NCBI GenBank assembly: GCA_965226495.1
Contig: OZ245365.1
Span: 1,600,001 to 1,664,000 of the forward strand
DNA length: 64,000 bases
Origin: Candidatus Marinacidobacterales bacterium
GTDB lineage: Bacteria; Acidobacteriota; Vicinamibacteria; Marinacidobacterales; DATDRI01
Direction: 5' to 3'
Shown here: positions 19,319 through 29,273 of the stretch, piece after piece
Numbering within the stretch: the stretch's first letter is position 1
Layout of the letters: each line of letters opens with the position of its first letter
Program-made: the position numbers and the translations under genes
Notes under the pieces: model-generated
What the model saw: the letters and a program-made list of their open reading frames with translations, nothing else
Told to the model about the DNA's origin: nothing
Database searches by the model: none

Positions 19319-19866
19319 GAGCCCTAACTGCGTTCCTCGCCTTCGCTTTCTCCGCCGCACCTGTTTTTTCCGAGGAGCCCTTGTTAGATCATCAACCCAT
19401 CGTTTGTTCGCTTCCCGGCAAGAACCCCCGAGTCCGAGGAGCCCTTGTTAGATCATCAACCCATCCCGGCAAGAACCCCCGAGTATGCGCGTACGTTGCC
19501 GATGACGGTGAAATAAAGAGAGTCCGCTCGTATTTCCGAGCCAGGGGCAAGGAATACTTCTATTGGAGCGAAATGGCGTTCGACGGCATCCAATACTGTG
19601 CGACCCTCCCGGTTGCCAAGAACAACGTGAAAGGCGTCGAGTACTACATCTGGGCCATCGACGATAGCTTCCAGTCTCGGCGAACCCGTACCCACAAGAT
19701 GTCTCTGGTCCCCGAGGTTCCCTGCGAGTATCCAGTCTTCGACGATGATCCGGAGCGAAGCTCCAACCTCGTCGTCAACGCCACCTCGCCCAAACAAGGC
19801 AACTCCATCTCCGACTTCAGCGAAAAGGGCATTGTCCGCTACGTGGCGGTAGGGCAGAAGGAGTAG
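19312..19866 (+). CDS. Secreted hypothetical protein coupled to the kinase gene
   Basis: Signal peptide; ATG overlaps the kinase 3' end; contains an in-frame 51-bp duplication. Confidence 0.7.
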   Translation: MVRALTAFLAFAFSAAPVFSEEPLLDHQPIVCSLPGKNPRVRGALVRSSTHPGKNPRVCAYVADDGEIKRVRSYFRARGKEYFYWSEMAFDGIQYCATLPVAKNNVKGVEYYIWAIDDSFQSRRTRTHKMSLVPEVPCEYPVFDDDPERSSNLVVNATSPKQGNSISDFSEKGIVRYVAVGQKE

Positions 19867-19904
19867 TTTTTCCGCTTCTAACTTCTCTGTAACAAGCTCG
19901 CCGT

Positions 19905-20200
19905 CGGGGCCTCCGGCCCGTCAGCGCTCGCGGGGACCCCACCCCCGCTCGCTACTCGCTTCGCGACTCACTTCGTTCGCGCTCCGCTCGGGCTCAACGC
20001 TGCGCTCGGGCCGAAAACCACGGCCGGTGCCCTTGGCGCCCGCACTCCATGAGCCAATCGTCCGCCTTGGGGCTCCTTCGAAGGAATCAAATGAGCCAGT
20101 ATCACTTCGAAGCTACTCCCCTGGCTTAATTCCTCCCGGCCGTCGGGTCTCGAGCCCGTCAGTGGCGCGGGGACCCCACCTCCGCTCGGGCTCAAGGCTG
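19905..20200. repeat. REP-like element cluster
   Basis: GCGGGG-ACCCCAC-CCCCGC at 19930-19948 and a similar copy near 20167; CGCTCGGGCTCAA repeated. Confidence 0.7.
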
Positions 20201-20292
20201 TTCCCCGGTGGCGGTTGATCTAAGCACCCCGAAAACGGGTAGAATCTCCCCCTACCAGATCTTCACCGTAGAGGGGGGGCGAGGAGGTGTTC

Positions 20293-21756
20293 ATGCTACC
20301 GCGAGCCAACATCATTCTCCCCGCCCTGGTGCTCGTCTGTGTGAAGCTCTCTTTTGCGGAGCAGCAGCCTTACCCATCGTCTGGGGAGCTCGATGCGCGA
20401 GTTCTCTCTCTCGAGGAGGCCGTTAACATGGCCCTCGCGGACAACCTGGGCCTCCAGACGACAATCGACAACGTATCCAGTTCTCAGATAAGTAAAGGAC
20501 TTGCCGAGTCCCGCTTTGACTTCAAACTGACCCCTTCCTTCGCCGGAGGCTTCGGCTCGGAGATCGGGCGAGACCGCGTCTTCGGTTTCGAAGCAGCCAA
20601 GCTACTGCCCTATGGAGCGACAGTGACTGCGAGCGCCCAGAGTGACTTCACACGCAACCAATTTGGCGAAGTGACCGGCTCCCATTTGACGTTCACCGTG
20701 ACTCAGCCGCTGTTACGTGGTTTCGGCTTGAAGACGACCCAGTTCGATTTGACGAACGCCAAGCGGAATTTGCAGAGTTCGGGGCGAAACCTCGAGATAA
20801 GCCGCCAACGTTTGGCGGTAGAGGTCGTCGCCAGCTACTACAACATCGTCAGGCAGCAGGGCCTGGTCGATGTCGCGGACAAGTCGGCAGAGCGTAGTAG
20901 GGAGTTGCTCCGCGCTTCGGAGGCGCGGCTCAAGGTCGGACTCGCTTCGAAGCTAGACGTTTTCCGAGCCGAGCTGCAGCTCTCGCAAGCCGAACAGAGT
21001 TTGATTAATTGGGAGGAAGCGCTCGAGCTCGCCATGGACACCTTCAAGTTCAACCTCGGCCTGAACCCCCAGGACGAGGTTTATCTCGAAATGGTTGAGC
21101 CGGACTATCAACCAGTCGTATTGGATCTCGAAGCGGAGACCAGGCTCGCACTCAGTCATCGCCTGGAGATCCGGGAGGAAAAAGATCGCATCGGCGACGC
21201 GCGGCGGAGCCTGTCCGTCTCTCGCCAAAATCTACTGCCGCAGCTCGACCTGAACGTTCGTTACCAACAGTCGGGCCTGGGAGAGAGCTTCCGGCAGAGC
21301 CTAGATCTCAATGACGGGGGAGTCGGGGTTTTCTTGAGCACCAGCTATCCCATTGACCAATCCGCAGAGCGAGCCTCGGTGGCGCAATCGAACATCGATC
21401 TAGCAGCGAAGCGTCGAGCGGTGCGCTTGCTGGAGTACAACGTGACTAGAGAGGTCCGCGCGGCGGTCAGAAGCGTGGAGCGTGTCGGCAAGAGCATCGT
21501 GTTGCAGGAAAGGAATATTGAGTTTGCCGAAAAACAGCTCCGGCTGGCCAGCTTACGCTATCAGCGCGGGCTCGCGAGCAATTTCGACATTATTGATGCC
21601 GAGAACAATTTGATCTCTGCGCGCAGCAACTATGTGTCCTTCATCGCGGAGTACAATGTTGCGCTCGTAGAGCTAAAACGCGTCACTGGCACCTTGGATC
21701 TTCAAAAAGATTTTGCGCCCGGCCGCCACACGGCTCCGGCTCGACATCATCCGTGA
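20293..21756 (+). CDS. TolC family outer membrane efflux protein
   Basis: LSLEEAVNMALADN, TQPLLRGFG, YQRGLASNFDIIDAE; GGAGG RBS. Confidence 0.9.
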   Translation: MLPRANIILPALVLVCVKLSFAEQQPYPSSGELDARVLSLEEAVNMALADNLGLQTTIDNVSSSQISKGLAESRFDFKLTPSFAGGFGSEIGRDRVFGFEAAKLLPYGATVTASAQSDFTRNQFGEVTGSHLTFTVTQPLLRGFGLKTTQFDLTNAKRNLQSSGRNLEISRQRLAVEVVASYYNIVRQQGLVDVADKSAERSRELLRASEARLKVGLASKLDVFRAELQLSQAEQSLINWEEALELAMDTFKFNLGLNPQDEVYLEMVEPDYQPVVLDLEAETRLALSHRLEIREEKDRIGDARRSLSVSRQNLLPQLDLNVRYQQSGLGESFRQSLDLNDGGVGVFLSTSYPIDQSAERASVAQSNIDLAAKRRAVRLLEYNVTREVRAAVRSVERVGKSIVLQERNIEFAEKQLRLASLRYQRGLASNFDIIDAENNLISARSNYVSFIAEYNVALVELKRVTGTLDLQKDFAPGRHTAPARHHP

Positions 21757-21767
21757 AAGTGTAACTC

Positions 21768-23426
21768 ATGTCATTAGCTCCTACTTCAGTGTTAGCCGGT
21801 GCGCGGGAGGCGGTCCGAAACGGCGCGGCAGCCCTTGGCAAATGGAGAAGGTGGATGAAGGACGGCATCCGCATTCCGCATCCGGCGGCGTTACCTCAGA
21901 CACTAGTGAAGGCGTCCGGGTGGGCGCACGCGAACCCTCGCCGCGCGCTGGTTGGTGCTGGCGGCTCCGTGGCGATGCTCGTCGGACTAACCATGCTGCC
22001 GTTCGCAAGCGACGACGACGGTTCACTCCTGGTTGCGGCAGTGCAAGAAGGGCCATTCGAGGTTACCATCGTCGAGAACGCAACACTTCATGCCCTTCGT
22101 TCGGTCAGCTACTCCTCTTCTATTCCCGGCAATCAAGCGAAAATCCTTTTCCTCGCCCCCGAGGGTGTAAACGTCGAGCCCGGCGATGTTCTCATTCGAT
22201 TCGATTCGAACCCGTTCGAAGAAGAGGTCCGACGAACGAATGCTCGGTTGGCCCAGTCGCGAGCCGAGCTAATCAAAACGGAACAAGACCTGAAACTCAT
22301 GCGTCTTCGCAACATGGAAGAGCTGGCCGAGGCGCACGACAAAGTGAGATCGGCGGAGCTCGAGCTTGCGAGCGTGACCGACGGGAAAGGCAAGTTGGCA
22401 GAGGCGGAGTTCAGTACGAAGTTGGGGCAATCCCGCCGCGAGTTGGAAAGAGCTCTATCCAACTACGAAGATCTGAAGCCTTTTCTCGAAGAAGGTTTCA
22501 TCACCAAGCTGGAATTGGACAGAGCCCGCCACGCGGTAGATAAGGCGAGGGAAGACCTAGAGCTTCTGGAGGTCAAGCACCAAACCTACATGGAATACAC
22601 GCGCCCCGCCGAAATCGAAGGAGCACGCGCCATGCTCCACAATCGCAAGGAGGGGCTCCGTCAACTTGAGCAGGCGGTTTCATATCGTCTATCCCAAGCC
22701 GAAGCGGCACTCGTCCTCGCCGAGAGCAAAGCATCGGAGCTGACTGCCAAGCTGGAGCTCCAGAAGGAGAACGTCCAGAACAGCGAGGTCCGCGCCACCG
22801 TCACCGGGATGGTCATATACAAGGAAGTGTTTTTCGGAAGCGAGAAGCGCAAGGTGCAGGTCGGGGACCAGGTTTGGCCGAATCAGCCCATCGTGATGGT
22901 GCCGGATCTCTCTCAAATGGTGACCGAAACCCAGATCCGTGAAACCGACATTCACAAAGTCGAGAAGAACCAACGCGTACTCATTTTCGTGGAGGCGTAC
23001 CCACAGCTCCAATTGGCGGGCGAAGTCAGTTTCATTGGAACGCTCGCTCAGCAGGAGCAGGGTGGTCCATCGGGGAAGTATTTCCAGGTGACGATTCTGG
23101 TTAAGAGGGTCGATCCCCGTCTTCGCCCCGGTATGAGTGCACGCGTCGAGCTTCTAGTCGAACAAATTGAGAACGCCCGGTACGTTCCGTTAGAGTCGGT
23201 GTTCGAAAAGGGTGGTCGCCGTTACTGCTATGTGCTTCGGAAAGGAAAGGCGCTGGTGCAGGAAGTCTTGACCGGTCCAAGCAACGAGAACCACATCGTG
23301 ATCGAAGCCGGCCTGGAGCGGGGAGAAAGGGTGCTTCTCCGTGACCCCACTGATCATGGCGGTCCAGTCGGCAACGAAGGCGCCGGCTTCTTGGACATCG
23401 TCTCGCCCACGAATTCAGGGCACTAG
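21768..23426 (+). CDS. Efflux periplasmic adaptor subunit (HlyD/MacA-like)
   Basis: EGVNVEPGDVL lipoyl-like motif, long coiled coil, LRPGMSA, GLERGERV. Confidence 0.88.
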   Translation: MSLAPTSVLAGAREAVRNGAAALGKWRRWMKDGIRIPHPAALPQTLVKASGWAHANPRRALVGAGGSVAMLVGLTMLPFASDDDGSLLVAAVQEGPFEVTIVENATLHALRSVSYSSSIPGNQAKILFLAPEGVNVEPGDVLIRFDSNPFEEEVRRTNARLAQSRAELIKTEQDLKLMRLRNMEELAEAHDKVRSAELELASVTDGKGKLAEAEFSTKLGQSRRELERALSNYEDLKPFLEEGFITKLELDRARHAVDKAREDLELLEVKHQTYMEYTRPAEIEGARAMLHNRKEGLRQLEQAVSYRLSQAEAALVLAESKASELTAKLELQKENVQNSEVRATVTGMVIYKEVFFGSEKRKVQVGDQVWPNQPIVMVPDLSQMVTETQIRETDIHKVEKNQRVLIFVEAYPQLQLAGEVSFIGTLAQQEQGGPSGKYFQVTILVKRVDPRLRPGMSARVELLVEQIENARYVPLESVFEKGGRRYCYVLRKGKALVQEVLTGPSNENHIVIEAGLERGERVLLRDPTDHGGPVGNEGAGFLDIVSPTNSGH

Positions 23427-23443
23427 GGCAAATCCCGTCGCCG

Positions 23444-24148
23444 ATGGGGGCTTCACCTTTGCTTGAGGCCATCGACGTCAGCAAGATCTACCCTCGTCCG
23501 CGAAACGATGTCATTGCGCTGGCCGGTGTGAGTCTGTGCGTCGAGCGCGGGAGTTTCTTGGCAATCATGGGGCCGTCCGGCTCCGGGAAATCGACGCTCC
23601 TTAATCTTTTGGGTTGTCTCGACACCCCGACCTCGGGGCGCATCCTCCTCGACGGCGAAGACGTCGCGGGGCTCGACGATCGTATCGCCAGCCGTCTCCG
23701 TAATCGCCGCATCGGTTTTCTCTTTCAGTCGTTCAACCTGATCCCCCAGATGAACGTCGTGGAGAACATCGAGGCGGCTCTTCTCTATAGCAATCGACCG
23801 CAGCGCGAGTGGCGAGCGAGGGCCTTGGCGGGCCTTGAAAGGCTCGAGCTCCTCGAGAGGGCATCCCACCGGCCGGGAGAGCTTTCGGGCGGAGAGGCCC
23901 AACGCGTCGCGCTGGCCAGGGCCTTGGTCAACGAGCCGGATATTCTCTTGGCCGACGAGCCGACGGGAAACCTTGATTCCCGAGCCGGCGGCAATGTTCT
24001 CGACCTGCTTCTCGAGCTCCGTGACCAGGGGCGGACAATCGTTCTGATCACGCATGACGATACGGTTGCCCACCGGGCCGAGCGCATCATAGAGCTGAAC
24101 GATGGAAAGTGGGTGGGAACTCGAACCCCGGGTTCGGTTGCGTCATGA
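23444..24148 (+). CDS. ABC transporter ATP-binding protein (MacB/LolD-like)
   Basis: GPSGSGKS, LSGGEAQRV, LADEPTGNLD. Confidence 0.95.
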   Translation: MGASPLLEAIDVSKIYPRPRNDVIALAGVSLCVERGSFLAIMGPSGSGKSTLLNLLGCLDTPTSGRILLDGEDVAGLDDRIASRLRNRRIGFLFQSFNLIPQMNVVENIEAALLYSNRPQREWRARALAGLERLELLERASHRPGELSGGEAQRVALARALVNEPDILLADEPTGNLDSRAGGNVLDLLLELRDQGRTIVLITHDDTVAHRAERIIELNDGKWVGTRTPGSVAS

Positions 24149-25359
24149 ACCCGCGAGTGCTCTGTCCACTGGCATGGCAGGGTCTCGCCTTGCACAAACT
24201 GCGTTCCACTTTGTCGGCGATCGGAATCGTCTTCGGCGTTACGGCGGTGGTTGCGATGATGTCGGTCGGGGAAGGAGCGCGCCGCGAAATTCTCGCCGAG
24301 ATCGGACGGTTAGGTTTGACGAAAATTTCGGTCCGGGCGGGGAGGCTCTCCGGAGAAGCGGAAAGCGAATCGGTTGCTCTTCAATCGCCCGGACTCACCC
24401 TTCGAGATGCGGACGCGATCTCGCAGGTTTGTCCCACGGTGGCGAGCCTAGCACCGTTGCGGCAACGCCCGGTTCAACTCGTCGCATCCGGTCGCAGAGT
24501 GGAGGCGTTTTTAGTTGCAACGACTCCTTCGTTCGCGAGTACCGAGGATATGGTGATCGCGAGCGGACGATTCCTCTCCGACGCCGATCTGAGAGACGCA
24601 AAGCGAGTCATTGTGTTGGGATACGATCTGTCCAGGGGTTTGTTTCCGTATCAGGATGCCATGGGGAAGAGAGTGCGGGTGGGGGAGCAGTGGTACTTGG
24701 TTGTCGGAACACTCGATGCCCGCGAAAGATCGAAGCGAGGTGCTCGAATAGGAGGGCGAGACATCAATCGTTCCGCATTGACTCCGTTGACCTCTCTACC
24801 TATGCCGCGGGGCGGGGTTGACGAGATCGCGATCACGATCGTCAATTCTGACGAAGTGAGCGGTTCGGCACGGTTGATCGATTCCGTTTTGCGAAGACGC
24901 CATCGGGGGGCGATCGACTTCGAGGTGGTTGTGCCAAGGGATCTGCTCGCCGGGTACGAACGGGCGCGGTTTCAGTTCAATGTCGTGGTGGGGACGGTGG
25001 CCGCCATCTCTCTCCTCGTCGGCGGAATCGGCATCATGAACATCATGCTGGCCAATGTCAGCGAACGAACGCGGGAGATCGGGGTGCGACGGTCGCTGGG
25101 AGCCAGCCGCGTTGACATCGTCCAGCAGTTTTTGGCGGAAGCGGTGCTGCTGACGGGAGCCGGAGGCGCAGCCGGGATCCTTCTCGGCGTCTTGGCCTCG
25201 TTCGCGGTATCCCGGTTTGCAGGCTGGCCGATCGCCACCAGCGGCGCCGCACTGCTCGCCGCCTTGGTCTTGGCGGGAACAACCGGAGTGAGCTTTGGGA
25301 TCTACCCTGCGTGGGAGGCGGCGAAGAAGAACCCGGTTGAGGCTTTAAGACACGAGTGA
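24145..25359 (+). CDS. ABC transporter permease (MacB/FtsX-like)
   Basis: LRSTLSAIGIVFGV, SLLVGGIGIMNIMLANVSERTREIGVR; ATGA overlap with the ATPase gene. Confidence 0.93.
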   Translation: MNPRVLCPLAWQGLALHKLRSTLSAIGIVFGVTAVVAMMSVGEGARREILAEIGRLGLTKISVRAGRLSGEAESESVALQSPGLTLRDADAISQVCPTVASLAPLRQRPVQLVASGRRVEAFLVATTPSFASTEDMVIASGRFLSDADLRDAKRVIVLGYDLSRGLFPYQDAMGKRVRVGEQWYLVVGTLDARERSKRGARIGGRDINRSALTPLTSLPMPRGGVDEIAITIVNSDEVSGSARLIDSVLRRRHRGAIDFEVVVPRDLLAGYERARFQFNVVVGTVAAISLLVGGIGIMNIMLANVSERTREIGVRRSLGASRVDIVQQFLAEAVLLTGAGGAAGILLGVLASFAVSRFAGWPIATSGAALLAALVLAGTTGVSFGIYPAWEAAKKNPVEALRHE

Positions 25360-25361
25360 GG

Positions 25362-25712
25362 TCAGGATTTGCTGCTGCCGAAGCTCCCGATAGCCTCCGC
25401 CTCGTCCTCGAAGACTTCGAAGATCGGGAGGAGTTTCGCAGTGGCGAGAGAGCTCCGTAACTTGGGGGAGGCGCTCAAGATTTTCAGCTTGCCGCCGAAC
25501 CGCTCCACCATGCGATGGCTGGCTACGAGCTCGCCCACTCCTGCGCTGTCCATGAAATCGACTTTGGATAGGTTGATCAGGATCTTCGTCATCCCGGATG
25601 CCACCAGCGTGTCGATGGCTTCCTGAAGCATCGCTTCGCCGCCTCCCGAGGTGACTTGTCCCACGACTTCGAGGATAGCCACACCTTTTTTCTCGCGCAG
25701 GTCGAATTTCAT
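25362..25712 (-). CDS. STAS-domain anti-sigma factor antagonist (RsbV/SpoIIAA-like)
   Basis: INLSKVDFMDSAGVGELV with the phospho-acceptor Ser. Confidence 0.92.
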   Translation of the reverse strand: MKFDLREKKGVAILEVVGQVTSGGGEAMLQEAIDTLVASGMTKILINLSKVDFMDSAGVGELVASHRMVERFGGKLKILSASPKLRSSLATAKLLPIFEVFEDEAEAIGSFGSSKS

Positions 25713-25722
25713 GGGGAGCCGG

Positions 25723-27639
25723 TCATCCTGTCAGATCCCGAAGCGTTTCCCGGTTTACCTCGACGGAGGAACGTTGCTGGAGAGCCTGCAGATAGGCGGC
25801 CCAGAATTGCTGTCGCTTTTGGGCGAGCACCTGTTCGGTGAAGGTGTTTTTCTCGGAAGCGAACTTTTCGGCATCGTATCCGGTTCGCTCGACCACACGT
25901 AGCACGACGAAACCGCCGGGCGAGGGAAGTGGCGCGGAAAAGGTGCCGGTTTCACCAGTAAATGCTGCATCTTGTACCGCCGGGGAGCGACCGGCCTCGG
26001 GTAGCTGCGTTCCTCGGTAGAAGCTCTCCGCGGTCTTGAGCTCCGTGCCCGCGGTCTTGGCGGCGTCGGCCGCAGCTAGGGCGTCCTTCAGCTTGAGGCG
26101 AATCTCTTCGGCTTTCGCGCGTGCGGCGCTCATGGCCGCCTGATCTAGCAAGTCTTTCTTCACCTGCTTCCGAACGTCTTCGAACCGAGGAAGGTGGGCT
26201 GGACTTTCTTCCAGCACTTCGAAGAAAACGTAATCTTGCCCCTGGCGGAGCGGCGGCGATACCTTGCCGATCGGGAGCTCGAAGACCAAGCTTCTGAGCT
26301 CTTGCGAGCCACCAAGCTGCGGCACGGGGTCCTGGTGCCCGAAGAAGTCGGTCTCTTGCGTGGTCAGGAGATCGTACTGTTGTGCCAATCCTTCCAAGTT
26401 CTCTGTGCTACGCAGGTATTCGCTGGCCTGGGTCACAGCCTCGCCCATCAGGTCGACGGCTTTTTCCTGATTCAGGCGACCCCGTATCTCGTCGCGCACG
26501 CTGTCGAGCGGCCGGGTCAGTGGCTCTTGCCGTTCGGTCACTTTGATGATGTGGAAGCCGTATGCGCTCTTTACGAGTTCGGACGTGTCTCCGATACTCA
26601 ACGAAAATGCCATTTGTTCAAACTCGGGCACCATTTCTCCTCGCCCGAAGAAGCCAAGATCCCCACCCTGCTCCGCCGATGTATCCCCGGAGTGTTTCTT
26701 TGCCAACGCTGCGAAATCGCCACCCGAGTTCACCTCAGCTAGGACCGCCTCGGCTTGGCGCCGCACTTCCTCTTCGTCCGCGTCCGCGGTCTTGAAGAGA
26801 ATGTGGCTGGCTTTTACCTGCAGGGGTGTTTCGTAAAGAGGAAGATTCTGATTGTAGTCGCGTTCTATTTCGCGCTCGGTAACGGTAACCGAAGCGAGGA
26901 AGGGCTGAGAGGTAATCGGTAGGTATCGGATCCTGCGTTGCAGGGGCAGCCGATACTGTTCCTTCTTTTCCTCGAAGAAAGCGGAGAGCTCTTCGTCGGC
27001 AACTTCCTTGCTTTCGTCGATCGGTTCTTTAGGCAGGTAAACGTACTCTAGCTTGGCCATCTCGTTGCGATTGCGATACTCGCGCTCGACTTCTTCGGAA
27101 CTAACGAGCACGCCATCGGTGACCAACGTCTGCAGCTTCTGGCGTAGGGCTTGGTTGCGAAGCTCGGCCTCGAACTGCCCCGCCTTCCATCCATTCTGCG
27201 ATAGTGTCTGCAGATAGGCGGCTCTTCCGATGAATTGCCCGTTACTCTGGAAGGAGGGATCTCTAAAGATGCGGCTGGCCAATTCCTCATCACTGATCGT
27301 TAGGCCCTGTCGTTCTGCCTCCACAACGAGCAGGGCGTCCTGAATGAGTCCTAGCAAAACGAGGTCCTCTAGCCCCAATTGCCGCATCAGCGCATGCGAG
27401 TACTGCTGACCGAGTTGGGCTCGATAGACCTGCTCTTGAAGACGGTAGCGTTGCTGGAACTGTTGCGCGGAGATCCGTACGCCCTCGACGCGCGCGATCT
27501 CACCGGTTAACCCAGCTCCACCCGCCGGTGCGAGGAAATCAGGAATATAGAAAGCGATGAAGGCAAAGATGACAAGCCCCAGCAGGATTACGCCCACCAT
27601 GTAACCCATTCTCTTGCGATCTCGAAAGTACTTCAGCAT
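25723..27639 (-). CDS. ppiD: PpiD/SurA-type peptidyl-prolyl isomerase
   Basis: N-terminal TM, SurA-N region, parvulin motifs ASHIL, GGDLGFF, MVPEFE, YGFHII. Confidence 0.88.
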   Translation of the reverse strand: MLKYFRDRKRMGYMVGVILLGLVIFAFIAFYIPDFLAPAGGAGLTGEIARVEGVRISAQQFQQRYRLQEQVYRAQLGQQYSHALMRQLGLEDLVLLGLIQDALLVVEAERQGLTISDEELASRIFRDPSFQSNGQFIGRAAYLQTLSQNGWKAGQFEAELRNQALRQKLQTLVTDGVLVSSEEVEREYRNRNEMAKLEYVYLPKEPIDESKEVADEELSAFFEEKKEQYRLPLQRRIRYLPITSQPFLASVTVTEREIERDYNQNLPLYETPLQVKASHILFKTADADEEEVRRQAEAVLAEVNSGGDFAALAKKHSGDTSAEQGGDLGFFGRGEMVPEFEQMAFSLSIGDTSELVKSAYGFHIIKVTERQEPLTRPLDSVRDEIRGRLNQEKAVDLMGEAVTQASEYLRSTENLEGLAQQYDLLTTQETDFFGHQDPVPQLGGSQELRSLVFELPIGKVSPPLRQGQDYVFFEVLEESPAHLPRFEDVRKQVKKDLLDQAAMSAARAKAEEIRLKLKDALAAADAAKTAGTELKTAESFYRGTQLPEAGRSPAVQDAAFTGETGTFSAPLPSPGGFVVLRVVERTGYDAEKFASEKNTFTEQVLAQKRQQFWAAYLQALQQRSSVEVNRETLRDLTG

Positions 27640-27843
27640 TTAGTTGACTCCAAACCAACCATGCTAACGAATCGTGCACACTCGATCAAGCTCGATCAAC
27701 AGGGCGGTGCGATGCGATGTGGCCGGCGTGGAGCGATAACCCCAGTTTTTTCAACGAGATTGGCGTCGGGGATGCTGCCGGTAGCCTTTGAAAACTAAGA
27801 GGCGGTATGTTAAACTCATGTGTCGCATACCTTTAGGCGCCAA

Positions 27844-29109
27844 ATGTCGCAACGAAATCAGTACGGTGAACGCTCCGGCCTCCACGTCGAGTGGGTGACT
27901 ATTCGGCATAGGACCGTCTACCTTTTGGTCGCCCTCGCTGTCCTCGTGGGTGGCGGTGCTGCCGCGTTCTACTACTTCGCTTACCATGCGCCCCCCGATG
28001 TCGGCACTGACTCCGAGGCAGAGGTTGCGCTCAACACCAGCGCAAGCTTCATAGAAATCTCGGGAAGCGTCAAAGTTCGCAAGGCCGGGACGTATGCGTG
28101 GATCGACGCGCGAAGGGGAATCGCTCTATCCCGGGATGACCACGTGAGGACCGATAGTAACGCGACGGCTCGGATCCGCTTCTTCGATGGGACGGAATAC
28201 TTGGTGAAGCAGGACACGATTTTGGTGATCGAAGAAACGTACGAAGACCCGCAAACCAACGTAAGGCGCGTGGCGGTGAAGCTGACCGCAGGACAAGTGA
28301 ATCTCCAGACGCCGACCAGGAACGTCGAAGGATCCAGTTCCGAGTTGGCAACGCCGAACACCGAGGCGAGCTTCGACGAGCGGACGGTTGCGGATGTTCG
28401 GTACGATCAATCGAATCGAGTGTCTGGTTTCACGATCTTCCGGGGTGCGTCGGATCTGAAAGCGGGAGGCAAGAGAGTGAAACTCGGTTCTAGCCAGGAA
28501 GTGGAGGTTTCGGCGGCGAATAGTTTCTCGGAAATAGTCCGACTTCCGGGCATCCCATCCCCCGAGTCGCCCGCCCATCTCTCGACTGTTGTCCACCGAG
28601 ACCCGGTACGTTCCAACACCGAGTTGAAGTGGGGCGTCGTGGAGGGAGCTCGCCGATACCACGTGATGCTCGATCGCACTCCAAACTTCTCCGATCCCTT
28701 GTGGGATAGCAAGGTTAAAGGGCTCAGCGCGGTCGTCCCCGGACTAGCGCCGGGGGCCTACTATTGGAAAGTCAGCGCCGAGGACGGCGAAAATCGGCAG
28801 GGCGGCTACAGCGACTTCGCGAAGTTCAGCATTAGTACGCGGGCAAAGACGAACACACCACCAAAACTGCTGGTGTCCAATCCGACCGCGACCCTCGACG
28901 GTGTTGTTACGTTCAATGGGACGACCGATCCTGACGCTGTGGTAACCGTGAACAACGAGCGGGTCTCCGTCCGGCCCGACGGTTCCTTTCAGCACTATTT
29001 CATCATCGGAAGACCCGGTCGCCACGAGATCATCGTCAAGGCGTTCAAGCGTAGTGGGGGCACCGCGGAGAAGGTCTTTCAGGTAACCATAGGCTCCGAA
29101 GGGCCTTGA
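27844..29109 (+). CDS. FecR-domain protein with FN3/Ig-like C-terminal domains
   Basis: N-terminal TM; GSVKVR, DHVRT, IRFFDGT (FecR); PGAYYWKV (FN3); GTTDPDAVVTVN (Ig-like). Confidence 0.78.
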   Translation: MSQRNQYGERSGLHVEWVTIRHRTVYLLVALAVLVGGGAAAFYYFAYHAPPDVGTDSEAEVALNTSASFIEISGSVKVRKAGTYAWIDARRGIALSRDDHVRTDSNATARIRFFDGTEYLVKQDTILVIEETYEDPQTNVRRVAVKLTAGQVNLQTPTRNVEGSSSELATPNTEASFDERTVADVRYDQSNRVSGFTIFRGASDLKAGGKRVKLGSSQEVEVSAANSFSEIVRLPGIPSPESPAHLSTVVHRDPVRSNTELKWGVVEGARRYHVMLDRTPNFSDPLWDSKVKGLSAVVPGLAPGAYYWKVSAEDGENRQGGYSDFAKFSISTRAKTNTPPKLLVSNPTATLDGVVTFNGTTDPDAVVTVNNERVSVRPDGSFQHYFIIGRPGRHEIIVKAFKRSGGTAEKVFQVTIGSEGP

Positions 29110-29273
29110 ACGAGGGCACGGTGGCGAATCCCGTCCGAGTTCTCGGTTCCCCCGGTTACTAGTGCCACGCGCGTCCGAGTAATTAGGAAGAAGCGACTTT
29201 GAAGGCCACACGGCCCGATTCCTGGCGGCTTGTTAAGTCCGAGCGGCAAGCTCGGCAAGGGTCCGTCGTGCCC

